This document shows positions 49,754 to 59,885 of a stretch of DNA of 64,000 nt, in pieces. Origin of the DNA: Bacteriovoracaceae bacterium (lineage in GTDB: Bacteria; Bdellovibrionota; Bacteriovoracia; Bacteriovoracales; Bacteriovoracaceae); contig OZ244226.1 of assembly GCA_965217035.1 (NCBI GenBank), forward strand, positions 2,276,146-2,340,145, in the 5' to 3' direction. How positions within the stretch are numbered: position 1 is the stretch's first letter; each line of letters starts with the position of its first letter. The notes beneath the pieces are model-generated. The model worked only from the letters and a program-made list of their open reading frames with translations. It did not search any database and was not told where the DNA came from. The position numbers and the translations under genes were made by a program.

Positions 49754-50628
49754 GGCGTGTTTTCAAAGTTTACTCCACATAAGAATCGCTCCCAGTAAAA
49801 CCATGGTCATATAGTTTCGAGCAAGCTTTTCAAATCTCATTGCAATCGACCTAAATTGCTTTAAGTTACAAAAAGAATTCTCGACAACATGTCTGTCTCT
49901 ATAAAGTTCCTTGTCGTAAACAATCTCCTTCTTTCGACTTCTTCTTCCTGGAATAACAGGACTTACTCCTCTCGCTTCGAGTGACTTTCTGAACAAATCT
50001 GCATCATAACCTTTATCAGCAAGAAGTTGCTCGACTTGATCGGGTAACTCTTCAATAAATTCATACGCGGTATCAATGTCATGAATATTGCCTGGACTTA
50101 ATTTAATGATCTCCGGATTACCGTAGCTGTCTGTTAAAAGGTGAATCTTTGTTGTGGGACCACCTGAGCTTTTTCCTATCTTCTGATCACCATTTTTTTT
50201 CGAGCACCATGAGCATGTTGATGAGCTCGAACAATACTTGAATCCAAGGCAACGTTTTGCTTTGTTAACTTGTCTTTAATCAGAACAAAAACTTCTTGGA
50301 AGATTCCTGATTCTGACCAACGATTAAAACGAGTGTAAACTGATTGCCAAGGACCAAACTCAACAGGGAGATCTCTCCAGGGACAACCGACTCTAAGCTT
50401 CCAAATCATTCCTTCAAGCATTGTTCGGTTACATTTTGAGGGACGAGCGCAGCGACCACGTTCAGCTGGTAAAAGAGGTTCTATTTTTTTCCACATAGTG
50501 TTTGTTAAAAATAATCGTTCTGTTGTTTTCATAGATCTATGAAAGTAGAATTATGATCAATGGCCAAGATAAATGACCTTAAAAGGCCTTACATTTTCTC
50601 AGACCCTTCTAACTTTGAAGACACGCCC
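49753..50628 (-). mobile_element. IS5-family insertion sequence (IS427-like subgroup), intact, 876 bp
   Basis: 18-bp terminal IRs with 1 mismatch, TA duplication (49751-52/50629-30), orfA and orfB joined by an A8 run. Confidence 0.95.
49763..50532 (-). CDS. IS5 DDE transposase expressed via a -1 frameshift at A8 (50193-50200)
   Basis: orfA: W..IEPLLP, G.PWRDLP..FGPWQSVY.RF.RW, DSSIVRAHQHA; -1 frame: G.SSGG.TTKIH, ADKGYD, R..VE..F..LKQFR.IA.RFEK. Confidence 0.92.
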
Positions 50629-50645
50629 TAGTTAAAAACATAAAA

Positions 50646-50670
50646 AAGGCCTCATATTTATTGAGGCCTT
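50646..50670. terminator. Hairpin terminator (now separated from dksA by the IS)
   Basis: AAGGCCTCA-loop-TGAGGCCTT preceded by an A run. Confidence 0.65.
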
Positions 50671-50754
50671 GAAAGTCTGTCTCAGCTCATGAAATAATTA
50701 TCATTTTGTCTTAAATATTAGTAAATTCAATAACTTAGTTATTTCACTGTATAA

Positions 50755-50804
50755 TATACAGATCCTAGACAAAGATTGTATTAAGCTTAGATGGGTATTA
50801 TACT
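50755..50804 (+). promoter_or_regulatory. Candidate CarH/LitR operator plus sigma70 promoter
   Basis: TATACA (50755) and TAGACA (50766) at 11-bp phasing; TTGTAT-N17-TATACT ending 7 nt before ATG 50812. Confidence 0.55.
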
Positions 50805-50811
50805 CTCAGAT

Positions 50812-51747
50812 ATGAGTGAAACATTTTCTATTCAATTCGTATCGCAAATTACTGGAATCAACGGGCACACAATTCGTGCTTGGGAGAAACGTTATAAAGC
50901 AGTTATACCCAAAAGGGATAAGAATAAACGACGTCTTTATACTAATGAAGATATCGAAAGATTGAAGAGAATTCATGACCTTTGTTCACTTGGAAACTCT
51001 GTCTCTGATATCGCAATATTAGCTGATGAGGAGCTTGAAAGACTCCATGAGAAATACTTCGAGAAGATGGCAAATGGTAATGGTTCTGGCGCTCAAGAAG
51101 TTGTAGAACCAATTGATATCAATCTAACGCTTCAAAACCTAATGATGGCCATCCATCACTATAAGCTTGATATTATTTCCCATGAGCTTGAAAAAGCTCA
51201 AGGATCACTTTCAGCGAGAGAGTTTGCTCTTAACCTTATTGTTCCTCTATTAATGGAAATTGGAATGCATGTTCAGGACGGCTTGATAACAGTTGGAATG
51301 GAGCATGCAATTACGGCTATTATTCGTTTTCATTTGGGTCAGATGATTTTTAAACAATATCAAAGAAAGAAGCATTTTAATTATCATGTTGTTTTAGCGA
51401 CGCCCGAAAAAGAATTTTCAGATTTTTCTATTATGATTTCTGCACTCCTTTGCTCTCATTATAATTTAAAGTTTACTTATCTCGGTGTGAATATGACTCC
51501 TTATGCTCTTGCTGATGCGACAAAGCAAATTGGGGCAGATTTAACGATACTCAATGTCAGCCGAAGTTTTATTATTGATCATGCTGAAACCTTTAAAAAT
51601 TACTTGAAGAATTTTTTATCGAAATCAGATCCTAAGCTAAAACTCTGGGTAACTGGCGTGAATCAAAAAACAGAGTCGAGCTATCCAGTTGATTTCTATC
51701 CAACACAGCAAACATTAGATCAAGCTCTTAGCCAGTTAATTGGCTAA
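50812..51747 (+). CDS. MerR-family regulator with a B12-binding-like domain (CarH/LitR-like)
   Basis: TGI..HTIRAWEKRY..V.P.R....RRLY; P.L.EIG....G.ITVG.EH; Rossmann-like VLATP.E..., YLGVN. Confidence 0.88.
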   Translation: MSETFSIQFVSQITGINGHTIRAWEKRYKAVIPKRDKNKRRLYTNEDIERLKRIHDLCSLGNSVSDIAILADEELERLHEKYFEKMANGNGSGAQEVVEPIDINLTLQNLMMAIHHYKLDIISHELEKAQGSLSAREFALNLIVPLLMEIGMHVQDGLITVGMEHAITAIIRFHLGQMIFKQYQRKKHFNYHVVLATPEKEFSDFSIMISALLCSHYNLKFTYLGVNMTPYALADATKQIGADLTILNVSRSFIIDHAETFKNYLKNFLSKSDPKLKLWVTGVNQKTESSYPVDFYPTQQTLDQALSQLIG

Positions 51748-51808
51748 GACTTGTACGAGCATTGAATAAACTATTTTCAATGTCTAAGATTTGTGGTACA
51801 TATGTATT

Positions 51809-52396
51809 ATGAAAGTATTACTAGATGCCCTTAAGTTAGCAGGAGAGGATTTTTCAGAAAGCCTCAGCATTGCCGATCTGTTCGATGAAGATCAAAATCT
51901 TGTCTATGTTAATTCAAACTTTGCTTTGAAGACAGGTTATACAAGAGAAGAGGTTGTAGGGAATAATTGTCGATTTCTTCAAGGGGATCTTACCGATCGA
52001 GATATGGTCACAAATATCAGAAGTTCGATTCGAGATCGAATTTCATGTTATTTTGATATCGTTAATTACAAAAAAAATGGTGAAAAATTTTGGAACCGTT
52101 TGCTGTTGATACCATTTGGAATTAGCGACGAGTCCATTCGTTATATCGTTGGTATTCAAATGGACATTACTGAAAAACATGGTGGGAATTTTGAAAAGAA
52201 AGTCCCTTATGCTTGTTTTAGTCCTTCTGAGAATTATATCAAAGATAAACTTGAAGAAGTTGTAAATTTCTATCGCTCTTTTCGTTATTTTGAAGGAACT
52301 GATCATGATACAAATCACTCTAACCGCATTAAAGAGCTAGCTGATCGTTCAAGAGTGAATCTTCAAGAAATCTGTGATTCCGTAAGGAAGCTTTAG
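51809..52396 (+). CDS. Short LOV-domain blue-light photoreceptor
   Basis: LVYVN..F...TGY...EV.GNNCRFLQG, NYKKNGEKFWN, YIVGIQ.DIT; helical C-terminal extension. Confidence 0.9.
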   Translation: MKVLLDALKLAGEDFSESLSIADLFDEDQNLVYVNSNFALKTGYTREEVVGNNCRFLQGDLTDRDMVTNIRSSIRDRISCYFDIVNYKKNGEKFWNRLLLIPFGISDESIRYIVGIQMDITEKHGGNFEKKVPYACFSPSENYIKDKLEEVVNFYRSFRYFEGTDHDTNHSNRIKELADRSRVNLQEICDSVRKL

Positions 52397-52450
52397 CTAT
52401 TTATTAGTTCAATATTAAAAATTTTTATATCGATAACTTAGGGAATATCT

Positions 52451-52475
52451 ATGCCACCATGAATAATGGTGGCAT
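52451..52475. terminator. Hairpin between the convergent LOV and htpG genes
   Basis: ATGCCACCAT-GAATA-ATGGTGGCAT. Confidence 0.7.
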
Positions 52476-52494
52476 ATCAAGTAGTATTCAGTCT

Positions 52495-54408
52495 TTATAA
52501 AGCGATTTCGCTCAGTTCCTTGATAAGATCTTGAGATCTTTTTACAAAACTTGTTCTGGCTTCTCCATTAAGCCCATCGCTCGAGATATGAGCAAGATCA
52601 AAAAGATGATGAACAATTTTTTCAGCAAGATCTTTCTTCTCTCCCTCCCAAAGCTTAAAAGCATTTTGAACGGCAGAGTTTTCAGGATTAATGACAAGAG
52701 TCTTCTTGAGAGGTTGGTTGAATTGACTCTGCCCCATTGCTTGAGTCATTTGTTGAAAACGCTTCATTTGTTGATCAACTTTGAAATAAACAGGGGTAGG
52801 AAGATCTTTGAGTTTTTTTACTTCAATTTCAAGAGATTCATCTTCAGGTTTCTTCAGTATCGTCTCAAAGAATTCTTTTACTTTTATATCTCCTGCTTCA
52901 GTTGTCGTCTCATCGAAAAGATTTTCAAATTCAGAATCAATTGCTGAAAACTTATACTCTTTTCCTTCTTTCTTTTGAAATTCAATATGCTGCATAAGAT
53001 GAGGATCAATATAATTATCAGTCTCAATCGTCGGAATATTGAGTTCTTTTAATTTTGTGATTAGTGCCGTATCAGCGATTTCTTTTTCTGCAAAGATGAC
53101 TTTTTGATCAAGCTTTTCTTTAAACTCTTCTGGGATTGCATTTGTATATTCCTCAAGAGTAATGAATTCATTATTTTGATTTTTGAAAAGAGCTCTCTCT
53201 CTCATAAGATCATCAAATTTTGTATCAGAGACAATTCCATACTTTACAAAAAGTCCGATATCTTCCCAACTCGAATTATATCTTTCTCTTTCATTATTAA
53301 AGAGTTTCTTTAGAGATTCACCAACCTTCTTTACAATATAATTAGAAATTTTCTTGATATTTGGATCACCTTGGAGGGCCGATCTTGAAACGTTAAGAGG
53401 GATATCAGTTGAGTCTATCGATCCTTTAAGCATAGAAAGAAATTCAGGCATGATGTCTTTTACATTATCAGAGACAAAAACTTGTTTGGAATAAAGGCGA
53501 ATATTATTTTCATTGAATGGTTTATTTGGATTGAGTTTAGGAAAGTAGAGAATCCCTTGGAGAGTAAAAGGATGATCAATATTAAGGTGAATCCAAAAAA
53601 GAGGTTCTGGATCCATTGGAAATTGCTTTGAATAAAATTTCTTATACTCTTCATCACTGACAGAACTTGGATCCTTTTTCCAAAGAGGTGTCGTATTATT
53701 AATAATATCAATTTCGATTGGTTTTTTGTCTTCCTCTTTCTCCGCCTTGAGGTTTTCTTCAAAAACTTGCGCTCTTGTTGCGACATCAATTAGTTCAATA
53801 GGGTAGGGCATGAAGTCGCAATAATTGGTGAGAGTTCCTCTCGTTTTATAGATTTCGAGAAAGTCCTTTGACTCTTCATTGATATGGAGAGTGATTGTAG
53901 TTCCAATATCTTTCTTTTCAGAGGTTTCAAAACTATATTCTGTATCGCCCTCACAGATCCACTTTGTGGCAGTGGAACCTTCCATCATTGAAAGAGTTTC
54001 CACCTCTACTTTTTCAGCAACCATAAAGCTTGAATAAAAACCTAAACCAAATTTTCCAATGATTTCATCCTTTGAATCAACACTCTTAACCTCTTTCATC
54101 TTTTCGACGAATTCTTCGGCTCCAGAGAATGCTAATTGTGCAATATACTTTTCAACTTCTTCTTCACTCATTCCAATTCCGTTATCGTGAATACGGATTT
54201 GGTTTTTAGGCTTATCAATCTCAATTGAAACTTTTCCTTCTGGGAGCTCCATGTTCTGAGTTCGCGAAATAGTTGCTCGCTTTGTGATAGCATCACAAGC
54301 ATTTGAAACCAGCTCTCTCAGGAAGATATCATGCTCGGAATAGAGCCATTTTTTAATGATTGGGAAAATGTCGGTGGTTTGAACCTGAATATTACCTTTT
54401 TTAGACAT
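52495..54408 (-). CDS. htpG: Chaperone HtpG (Hsp90)
   Basis: IFLRELVSNA.DA, DNGIGM, IGKFGLGFYSSFMVA, IPLNVSRS.LQ. Confidence 0.97.
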   Translation of the reverse strand: MSKKGNIQVQTTDIFPIIKKWLYSEHDIFLRELVSNACDAITKRATISRTQNMELPEGKVSIEIDKPKNQIRIHDNGIGMSEEEVEKYIAQLAFSGAEEFVEKMKEVKSVDSKDEIIGKFGLGFYSSFMVAEKVEVETLSMMEGSTATKWICEGDTEYSFETSEKKDIGTTITLHINEESKDFLEIYKTRGTLTNYCDFMPYPIELIDVATRAQVFEENLKAEKEEDKKPIEIDIINNTTPLWKKDPSSVSDEEYKKFYSKQFPMDPEPLFWIHLNIDHPFTLQGILYFPKLNPNKPFNENNIRLYSKQVFVSDNVKDIMPEFLSMLKGSIDSTDIPLNVSRSALQGDPNIKKISNYIVKKVGESLKKLFNNERERYNSSWEDIGLFVKYGIVSDTKFDDLMRERALFKNQNNEFITLEEYTNAIPEEFKEKLDQKVIFAEKEIADTALITKLKELNIPTIETDNYIDPHLMQHIEFQKKEGKEYKFSAIDSEFENLFDETTTEAGDIKVKEFFETILKKPEDESLEIEVKKLKDLPTPVYFKVDQQMKRFQQMTQAMGQSQFNQPLKKTLVINPENSAVQNAFKLWEGEKKDLAEKIVHHLFDLAHISSDGLNGEARTSFVKRSQDLIKELSEIAL

Positions 54409-54469
54409 TGGGGTGTCTCCTTCCTTATAATATGTGCGAATATACCTATGAATATGGGATGGAGTTGAA

Positions 54470-55033
54470 ATGAGTCAAGGTATGGGGACCCCTAAAAATT
54501 ACGAAATTTTCAAAAATGATGTGAAAACGACTGTAATCCTCTCTACAGGAGGAACAATTGAGAAGACCTACGATGAGGAAGAAGGTTCTTTGGAGAATAG
54601 AGAGTCGGTCATACAAAATAAAATTTTGGACAGGTTGCGTTATCCCTATAGACAATTCGTTGTCAAGGCCATCATGGCGAAAGACTCTCTTCATATGGAC
54701 GAGCAAGATAGGCACATCATTTTTGATGCCATTAAGAAGTTTGAAAGCATGGATTGTCCTATTGTCGTTCTTCATGGAACAGATACGATGGACCAAACTT
54801 TGAAAGTTTGTTTTGAAAGAAATCAAGAAACACCGGTAAGCATACCAATTGTTTTTACAGGCTCTATGAGACCTCTTGGTTTTGTCGATAGCGATGCTCA
54901 ACAAAATGTTATAGAGGCTATTCATACCGCAAACTCTCTGCTTCCTGGCTTTTACCTAAGCTTTCACGGGCAGGTTTTTCTGCCACCGAATTTAAAAAAG
55001 AATAAACAGAAAAAAACATTCGAAAAAATTTAA
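54470..55033 (+). CDS. Short asparaginase-domain protein
   Basis: TGGTIEK.Y, DSL.M, HGTDTM, FTGSMRP; start may be GTG 54521. Confidence 0.85.
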   Translation: MSQGMGTPKNYEIFKNDVKTTVILSTGGTIEKTYDEEEGSLENRESVIQNKILDRLRYPYRQFVVKAIMAKDSLHMDEQDRHIIFDAIKKFESMDCPIVVLHGTDTMDQTLKVCFERNQETPVSIPIVFTGSMRPLGFVDSDAQQNVIEAIHTANSLLPGFYLSFHGQVFLPPNLKKNKQKKTFEKI

Positions 55034-55042
55034 AGGAAGACT

Positions 55043-56014
55043 ATGAGAGCATTAAGAGACTGGAATTTATCTGAAGCTTCAAACTATCTTCGTTCTAGAA
55101 ACCTTACTCTCGAAGAAGTCAAAGAGATTACATCAGCAGGAGAAGGGAACATGAATTGTACTCTTCGTTTTTCGTGTGAATCTCATAGTTTCATCGTTAA
55201 GCAGTCGAGTCCTTATTGCGAGAAATATCCTTCAGTTGCTGCTCCAGTTGAGCGTATTCAAGAAGAAGAAAAATTTTATCGCTTAGCAAGTCAGAGTGAA
55301 GGATTAAACAGTAAACTTCCTAAAATTCTTGATTTCAATAAAACAGAAAATCTACTTGTGATGGAAGATTTAGGTCAAGCAAATGATTTTGCTTATGTTT
55401 ATTCGACTGATGAAACGATTGGAAGTGAAGAGTTGAGCCTTGTTGGAGAAATTCTCAATCAAATTCATCAAGCAGAAATAGAAGAGGAAGTTTTTATTAA
55501 CCGGGCAATGAGACTATTGAATCATGAACATATTTACGATATCCCTTTGCGTCGAAATAACGGTCTTGATCTTAATAGTATTACGGAAGGTCTTCAAAAT
55601 ACCGCAAACAGTCTGATTGGAGATGAGATTTACAAAAGGAGAGTTGCCGAGCTTGGTGGACTTTATCTTTATCAAGGAAATATTCTTTTACATGGTGATT
55701 ATTATCCTAATAGCTGGATCAAAACAGACCGAGGTTTATTTGTCATTGATCCTGAGTTTGGTTTTATTGGACTCGGTGAATTTGATCTTGGTGTAGCCTG
55801 TGGGCATCTCTATTTAAGTAATCATTCAGAAGAGCAAGTCGCTCATTTTTTAAGTTCTTATTCAGGAAACTACGATAAAACTCTCATCGATGCTTTTGCA
55901 GGAGTTGAAATTATGAGAAGACTTATTGGTGTGGCCCAATTACCTGTTTCCTATGGAATTGAAAGAAAGACAGAATTACTGGAGCGATCTAAAAGCCTAG
56001 TGCTTGGATCATAA
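55043..56014 (+). CDS. 5-methylthioribose kinase-like phosphotransferase
   Basis: GEGNMN, KQS.PY, MEDLG, LLHGD, IDPEF.F.G..EFDLG, FAGVEIMRRLIG.AQL. Confidence 0.8.
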   Translation: MRALRDWNLSEASNYLRSRNLTLEEVKEITSAGEGNMNCTLRFSCESHSFIVKQSSPYCEKYPSVAAPVERIQEEEKFYRLASQSEGLNSKLPKILDFNKTENLLVMEDLGQANDFAYVYSTDETIGSEELSLVGEILNQIHQAEIEEEVFINRAMRLLNHEHIYDIPLRRNNGLDLNSITEGLQNTANSLIGDEIYKRRVAELGGLYLYQGNILLHGDYYPNSWIKTDRGLFVIDPEFGFIGLGEFDLGVACGHLYLSNHSEEQVAHFLSSYSGNYDKTLIDAFAGVEIMRRLIGVAQLPVSYGIERKTELLERSKSLVLGS

Positions 56015-57455
56015 ACCATCCAACGGTCATAATAACAAAAATTGAAATGATATTGAGAAGAATCCCAGCTCGCATCATATCTTTGATTTCTAATTTTCCT
56101 GTTGAAAAAACAATAACATTCGGAGGAGTAGAAATAGGCATTGAAAAAGCGAAGGAAGAGGCTAGTGCCGTTGGAATCGCATAAAGTAAGATCGAAGCAC
56201 CTTGCAAGTGAGCTAAAGAGATAATAACAGGTAAAGCAATATTACAAAGGGCAACATTACTCATGACTTCAGTTAAAAAGAGTACCGAAGCAGTAATAAT
56301 AAAGACCATCCAATAATGAGAATCAAGGCTCAACTCTTGAAGACTTTGACCTACTAATTCAACTAAGCCCACTTTTCCCATTCCATTGGCCAGAGCAAGG
56401 CCGCCACCAAAGAGTAAAATAATATTCCAAGGAAGCTTAGAGATGTCATTTTTATCGAGAATAAATTCTCTTTTATTTCTTTTTAAACGAACAGGAATTA
56501 AAAAAACAGCAAGGCCTCCTATCATGGCAGTGACAGCATCATTAAGATGATTCGCTCCAAGCGCTCTATTAATTGGAGATTTTAAAACCCATAAAAGACA
56601 GGTAAAAGAAAAAACGAAGAGAGTTATTTTTTGAGCACGATTCAGCTCTCCAAGGGCCGATACTTTTTCAGCTAAGAAAGTTTTTATATTCCTATGCATT
56701 TTTATGTCAAAAGGGTAAAGCCATTTCTGAATTAAATAACGCATTATAATTAAAAGAATGAATGCGATTGGGATAGTTATTTTCATCCAATCAAAAAAAG
56801 CTATTTTTATCTCTACTGTATCTAAAAGACCCATAAGAACGACATTTGGAGGGGTTCCTATTGGAGTCATAATTCCTCCGATATTTGCTGAGTAAGCTAA
56901 GCATAGCATTAATGCTGTTCCAAAGTTTTGAAAGCTTCTTGGATCAGCATCTGAGTTCTCTTTTACAAAGTTAAAAACGGCAGTAGCAATAGGAACCATC
57001 ATTACTGTCGTCGCAGTATTACTAATCCACATACTAAGAAGAGTTGTTGCGATTATAAAACCTTTGAGAATACCATCAGCGGAATCACCAGTTGCTTTAA
57101 TAATATTTAGTGCAAACCGTTCACTTAATTTCGTTTTTTCGAGGGCAATTGCAATCATGAATCCCCCCATGAAGAGAAAAATAATAGGGTGGGTATAAAA
57201 AGACGAAACTTCAACGAGGGTTAATATTCCTACTAAAGGGAACAGAACAAGTGGGAAAAGAGCGATAATTCCTAGAGGAGCAATTTCTGTTACCCACCAT
57301 GAGATCATCCAAAAAGCGATACCAAGAACGCTAAGGGCCTTTGGTGAAATCCCGAATTGATCAGCGAGAGACGATTGAAAAACGATCGTCCCCAATGCCA
57401 TTAATGGGCCGAGCCAAAAAATTAAATTGGAGAAACGAGGAAAATTAAATTTCAT
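55989..57455 (-). CDS. DASS/SLC13 sodium-coupled anion symporter
   Basis: SMWISNTAT, TPIGTPPN, TEVMSN.A, P.STPPN. Confidence 0.92.
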   Translation of the reverse strand: MKFNFPRFSNLIFWLGPLMALGTIVFQSSLADQFGISPKALSVLGIAFWMISWWVTEIAPLGIIALFPLVLFPLVGILTLVEVSSFYTHPIIFLFMGGFMIAIALEKTKLSERFALNIIKATGDSADGILKGFIIATTLLSMWISNTATTVMMVPIATAVFNFVKENSDADPRSFQNFGTALMLCLAYSANIGGIMTPIGTPPNVVLMGLLDTVEIKIAFFDWMKITIPIAFILLIIMRYLIQKWLYPFDIKMHRNIKTFLAEKVSALGELNRAQKITLFVFSFTCLLWVLKSPINRALGANHLNDAVTAMIGGLAVFLIPVRLKRNKREFILDKNDISKLPWNIILLFGGGLALANGMGKVGLVELVGQSLQELSLDSHYWMVFIITASVLFLTEVMSNVALCNIALPVIISLAHLQGASILLYAIPTALASSFAFSMPISTPPNVIVFSTGKLEIKDMMRAGILLNIISIFVIMTVGWFMIQALGF

Positions 57456-57577
57456 TACTCTTTATTATTACGCTTTCAGAGAAAAGTGCCAACTCTGAGA
57501 GGTAGATAATTTTGAGTTTAGGTATTATGAAAAGGATAAGAGGCGCCGATATATAGTATAGATAACAAGGTTCATGT

Positions 57578-59419
57578 ATGCGGTGTTTATTTTTACTTTT
57601 AGCTTTTCTTTTAGCCTGTTCGCCAGCAGGGAATAGAGGTGGAAGAAGTGGATCTTCTTCTTTCAGTACTGCCAGGACAGGGTTAGAGATTAATTATTTT
57701 GTTGATCCTGAAACTGGAAATATAAGTGAGAAATTAAGTATTCCTAAAAATTACGGAGGAAATCTTTATCTTGCGATTGATCGACTCGATGAGATGAGTG
57801 ATAAGATTCTTTATGCTCGTTTTCGGTTTGGTTATCTAAGAGACTTTCCAAGAGAAGCTCAAGCGACAATTGGAGTCGCTCCTGGGTTGATCCCAGGAAC
57901 AACTCAATCTGTTCTTATTATTTCACTTGCAAACAGACCTTTTAATTCTATCCCCTTAGATTATGATCTTTTTGATTACAATACTTATAATTTCTCTTCT
58001 AGTGTTGTTGGGATTGAACAAAACAATCGAGACAAAGATCTCTATTGCCGAGGTCTTAGAATTGAAGATGATCCTACTTCAACATCGGGATCTTGTGAGA
58101 ATATTAATGATAAATGTCTTTATGGATTTGCAAAGATTGAAGACAAGGGTTGGTACGATTCAGACAATAATCAATATATTAATCTCATTAATCCTCAAGT
58201 TGCTTTAGATGGATTTTCTACCGATGGGATTGATCGATACGCTTTAGACTCGAATTCTCGTTTTTTGACTAAATGTCTTAATGACGAAGCGATTCAAAAT
58301 TTATTTAAACCTGCAGATGGTGGGCAGAGTTTTGTTTCTCATGGGAATAGTTTTAGCTTTTCAGGACAACCATTTATTTACCATGGGCCTTTTACTGGAA
58401 TAAATTCTTTTCAATGGGAAATCAAGTCAAATGCGATCTGGAATTCTCAACATGGATTATTTCAACAGTTTTTAGGACCAGTTAGAAATATTGATGCTGG
58501 TTATAAATCATATCTTTTTCCACGTTTTTCAAAATTAACGATTAGTTCTGATGTCGAGTATATTGCTTCTGAAAAAGCAGGTGATCCCTTAGCTCTTCAA
58601 AACGAGCTCGATAGTGATGGAAAAACTTATTGGATGAGTGGTTGTAATTTAAGAGTAACGACCAAGAATGATGATGGAGAACATATTGGTTCTTGTAATG
58701 TTAGTGCAGATATTGAAATTTTTTACAGAGAAAATGGAAGTGAAACGGTTATAGCATCAACTCGATGGGATTCCATCTCAAAGAAAGTGAAATTACAATT
58801 ATTACAAGAAGGTGATTTGAATTCTAGTAATGGAATTTTAAATGCTGACTATAGAACTTGTAATTCTGATTCAGCATGTGCTGATAATGAATGTTGTTAT
58901 AATGGCCGTTGTTGGTCTGATGAATTGGTATCACAATGCGATGGTGGAAGTTCTGGTTCTGCACAACCTAATGGTGCAATATGTTCGAACTCTAGTGGGG
59001 AAATTGTTGATAGCATGTGTTTGAGTGGTTGCTGTCGAGGTCCTTTACCTGGAACGACTGAGAATCCAGGTATTTTATGCCGACCTCACGATCCTGGATC
59101 AGGAACTTATTGCAATAAACCTACTGGTTCGAGTTGTATTTTGAGTGAAATGTGTGGACGGCAACTTATTACGAAAGAAAGACTGATAAAGTTTTCTGAA
59201 AGCCCAGGAGATTGTGGTGTAAAAGTTTGCAAGTCTTGCGAATATAAAATCTGTGATGGTGCTTCTAATACATGCCAAGAGCGAACAGACAATAATGAAA
59301 CGATTGATGATTTTGATCCAAGTAATCCTGTTTGTACGGGAGCCTCTACTCAAAGTCCAAATTGGATCTGTGAAGGTGACCCTAGTTATGAGAGCGTTAA
59401 TAGCTGTGCCGACTTTTAA
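57578..59419 (+). CDS. Lipoprotein with a cysteine-rich C-terminal region
   Basis: Lipobox LLAC; dense Cys pattern (CNSDSACADNECCYNGRCW, CLSGCC, etc.). Confidence 0.75.
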   Translation: MRCLFLLLAFLLACSPAGNRGGRSGSSSFSTARTGLEINYFVDPETGNISEKLSIPKNYGGNLYLAIDRLDEMSDKILYARFRFGYLRDFPREAQATIGVAPGLIPGTTQSVLIISLANRPFNSIPLDYDLFDYNTYNFSSSVVGIEQNNRDKDLYCRGLRIEDDPTSTSGSCENINDKCLYGFAKIEDKGWYDSDNNQYINLINPQVALDGFSTDGIDRYALDSNSRFLTKCLNDEAIQNLFKPADGGQSFVSHGNSFSFSGQPFIYHGPFTGINSFQWEIKSNAIWNSQHGLFQQFLGPVRNIDAGYKSYLFPRFSKLTISSDVEYIASEKAGDPLALQNELDSDGKTYWMSGCNLRVTTKNDDGEHIGSCNVSADIEIFYRENGSETVIASTRWDSISKKVKLQLLQEGDLNSSNGILNADYRTCNSDSACADNECCYNGRCWSDELVSQCDGGSSGSAQPNGAICSNSSGEIVDSMCLSGCCRGPLPGTTENPGILCRPHDPGSGTYCNKPTGSSCILSEMCGRQLITKERLIKFSESPGDCGVKVCKSCEYKICDGASNTCQERTDNNETIDDFDPSNPVCTGASTQSPNWICEGDPSYESVNSCADF

Positions 59420-59473
59420 TATATTAAATTTATTTATTTGATTCTCCTTTCTTTGCTGATTACTCTGTTAGCT

Positions 59474-59884
59474 ATGGAAGTATTTTTAGACCACATTGCA
59501 ATTGCTGTTAAGGATTTAGAAAAATCAATTCAAAACTTTGAATCTTTAGGATTAAAGTTTTCGGATGAGAGAGAAGTTGTTGAGTCACAAAAAGTAAAAA
59601 CAGCTTTTGCTCCTCTTGATACTCGTGCTCATTTAGAACTTTTGGAACCAACTTCAGATGAAAGTACTATCGCTAAATTTTTAGAAAAAAAAGGTGAAGG
59701 GATCCATCATTTTTGTATGAGAGTCAAGGACGTTAAAAAAACACAGAGTGAACTTGAAGCAAAAGGAATGAAGCTTATCTATGAGGAACCTTTTGTTGGA
59801 GCAGGGAATTGTCTTGTCAATTTCATTCACCCTAAGTCTATGAATGGATGTCTTGTCGAAATTTCTCAAAAATTAGAAGGTTAA
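59474..59884 (+). CDS. mce: Methylmalonyl-CoA epimerase
   Basis: DHIAIAV.DL, LELLEP, FLEKKGEGIHH, FIHPKS.NG.LVE; start ATG 59474. Confidence 0.9.
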   Translation: MEVFLDHIAIAVKDLEKSIQNFESLGLKFSDEREVVESQKVKTAFAPLDTRAHLELLEPTSDESTIAKFLEKKGEGIHHFCMRVKDVKKTQSELEAKGMKLIYEEPFVGAGNCLVNFIHPKSMNGCLVEISQKLEG

Positions 59885-59885
59885 G

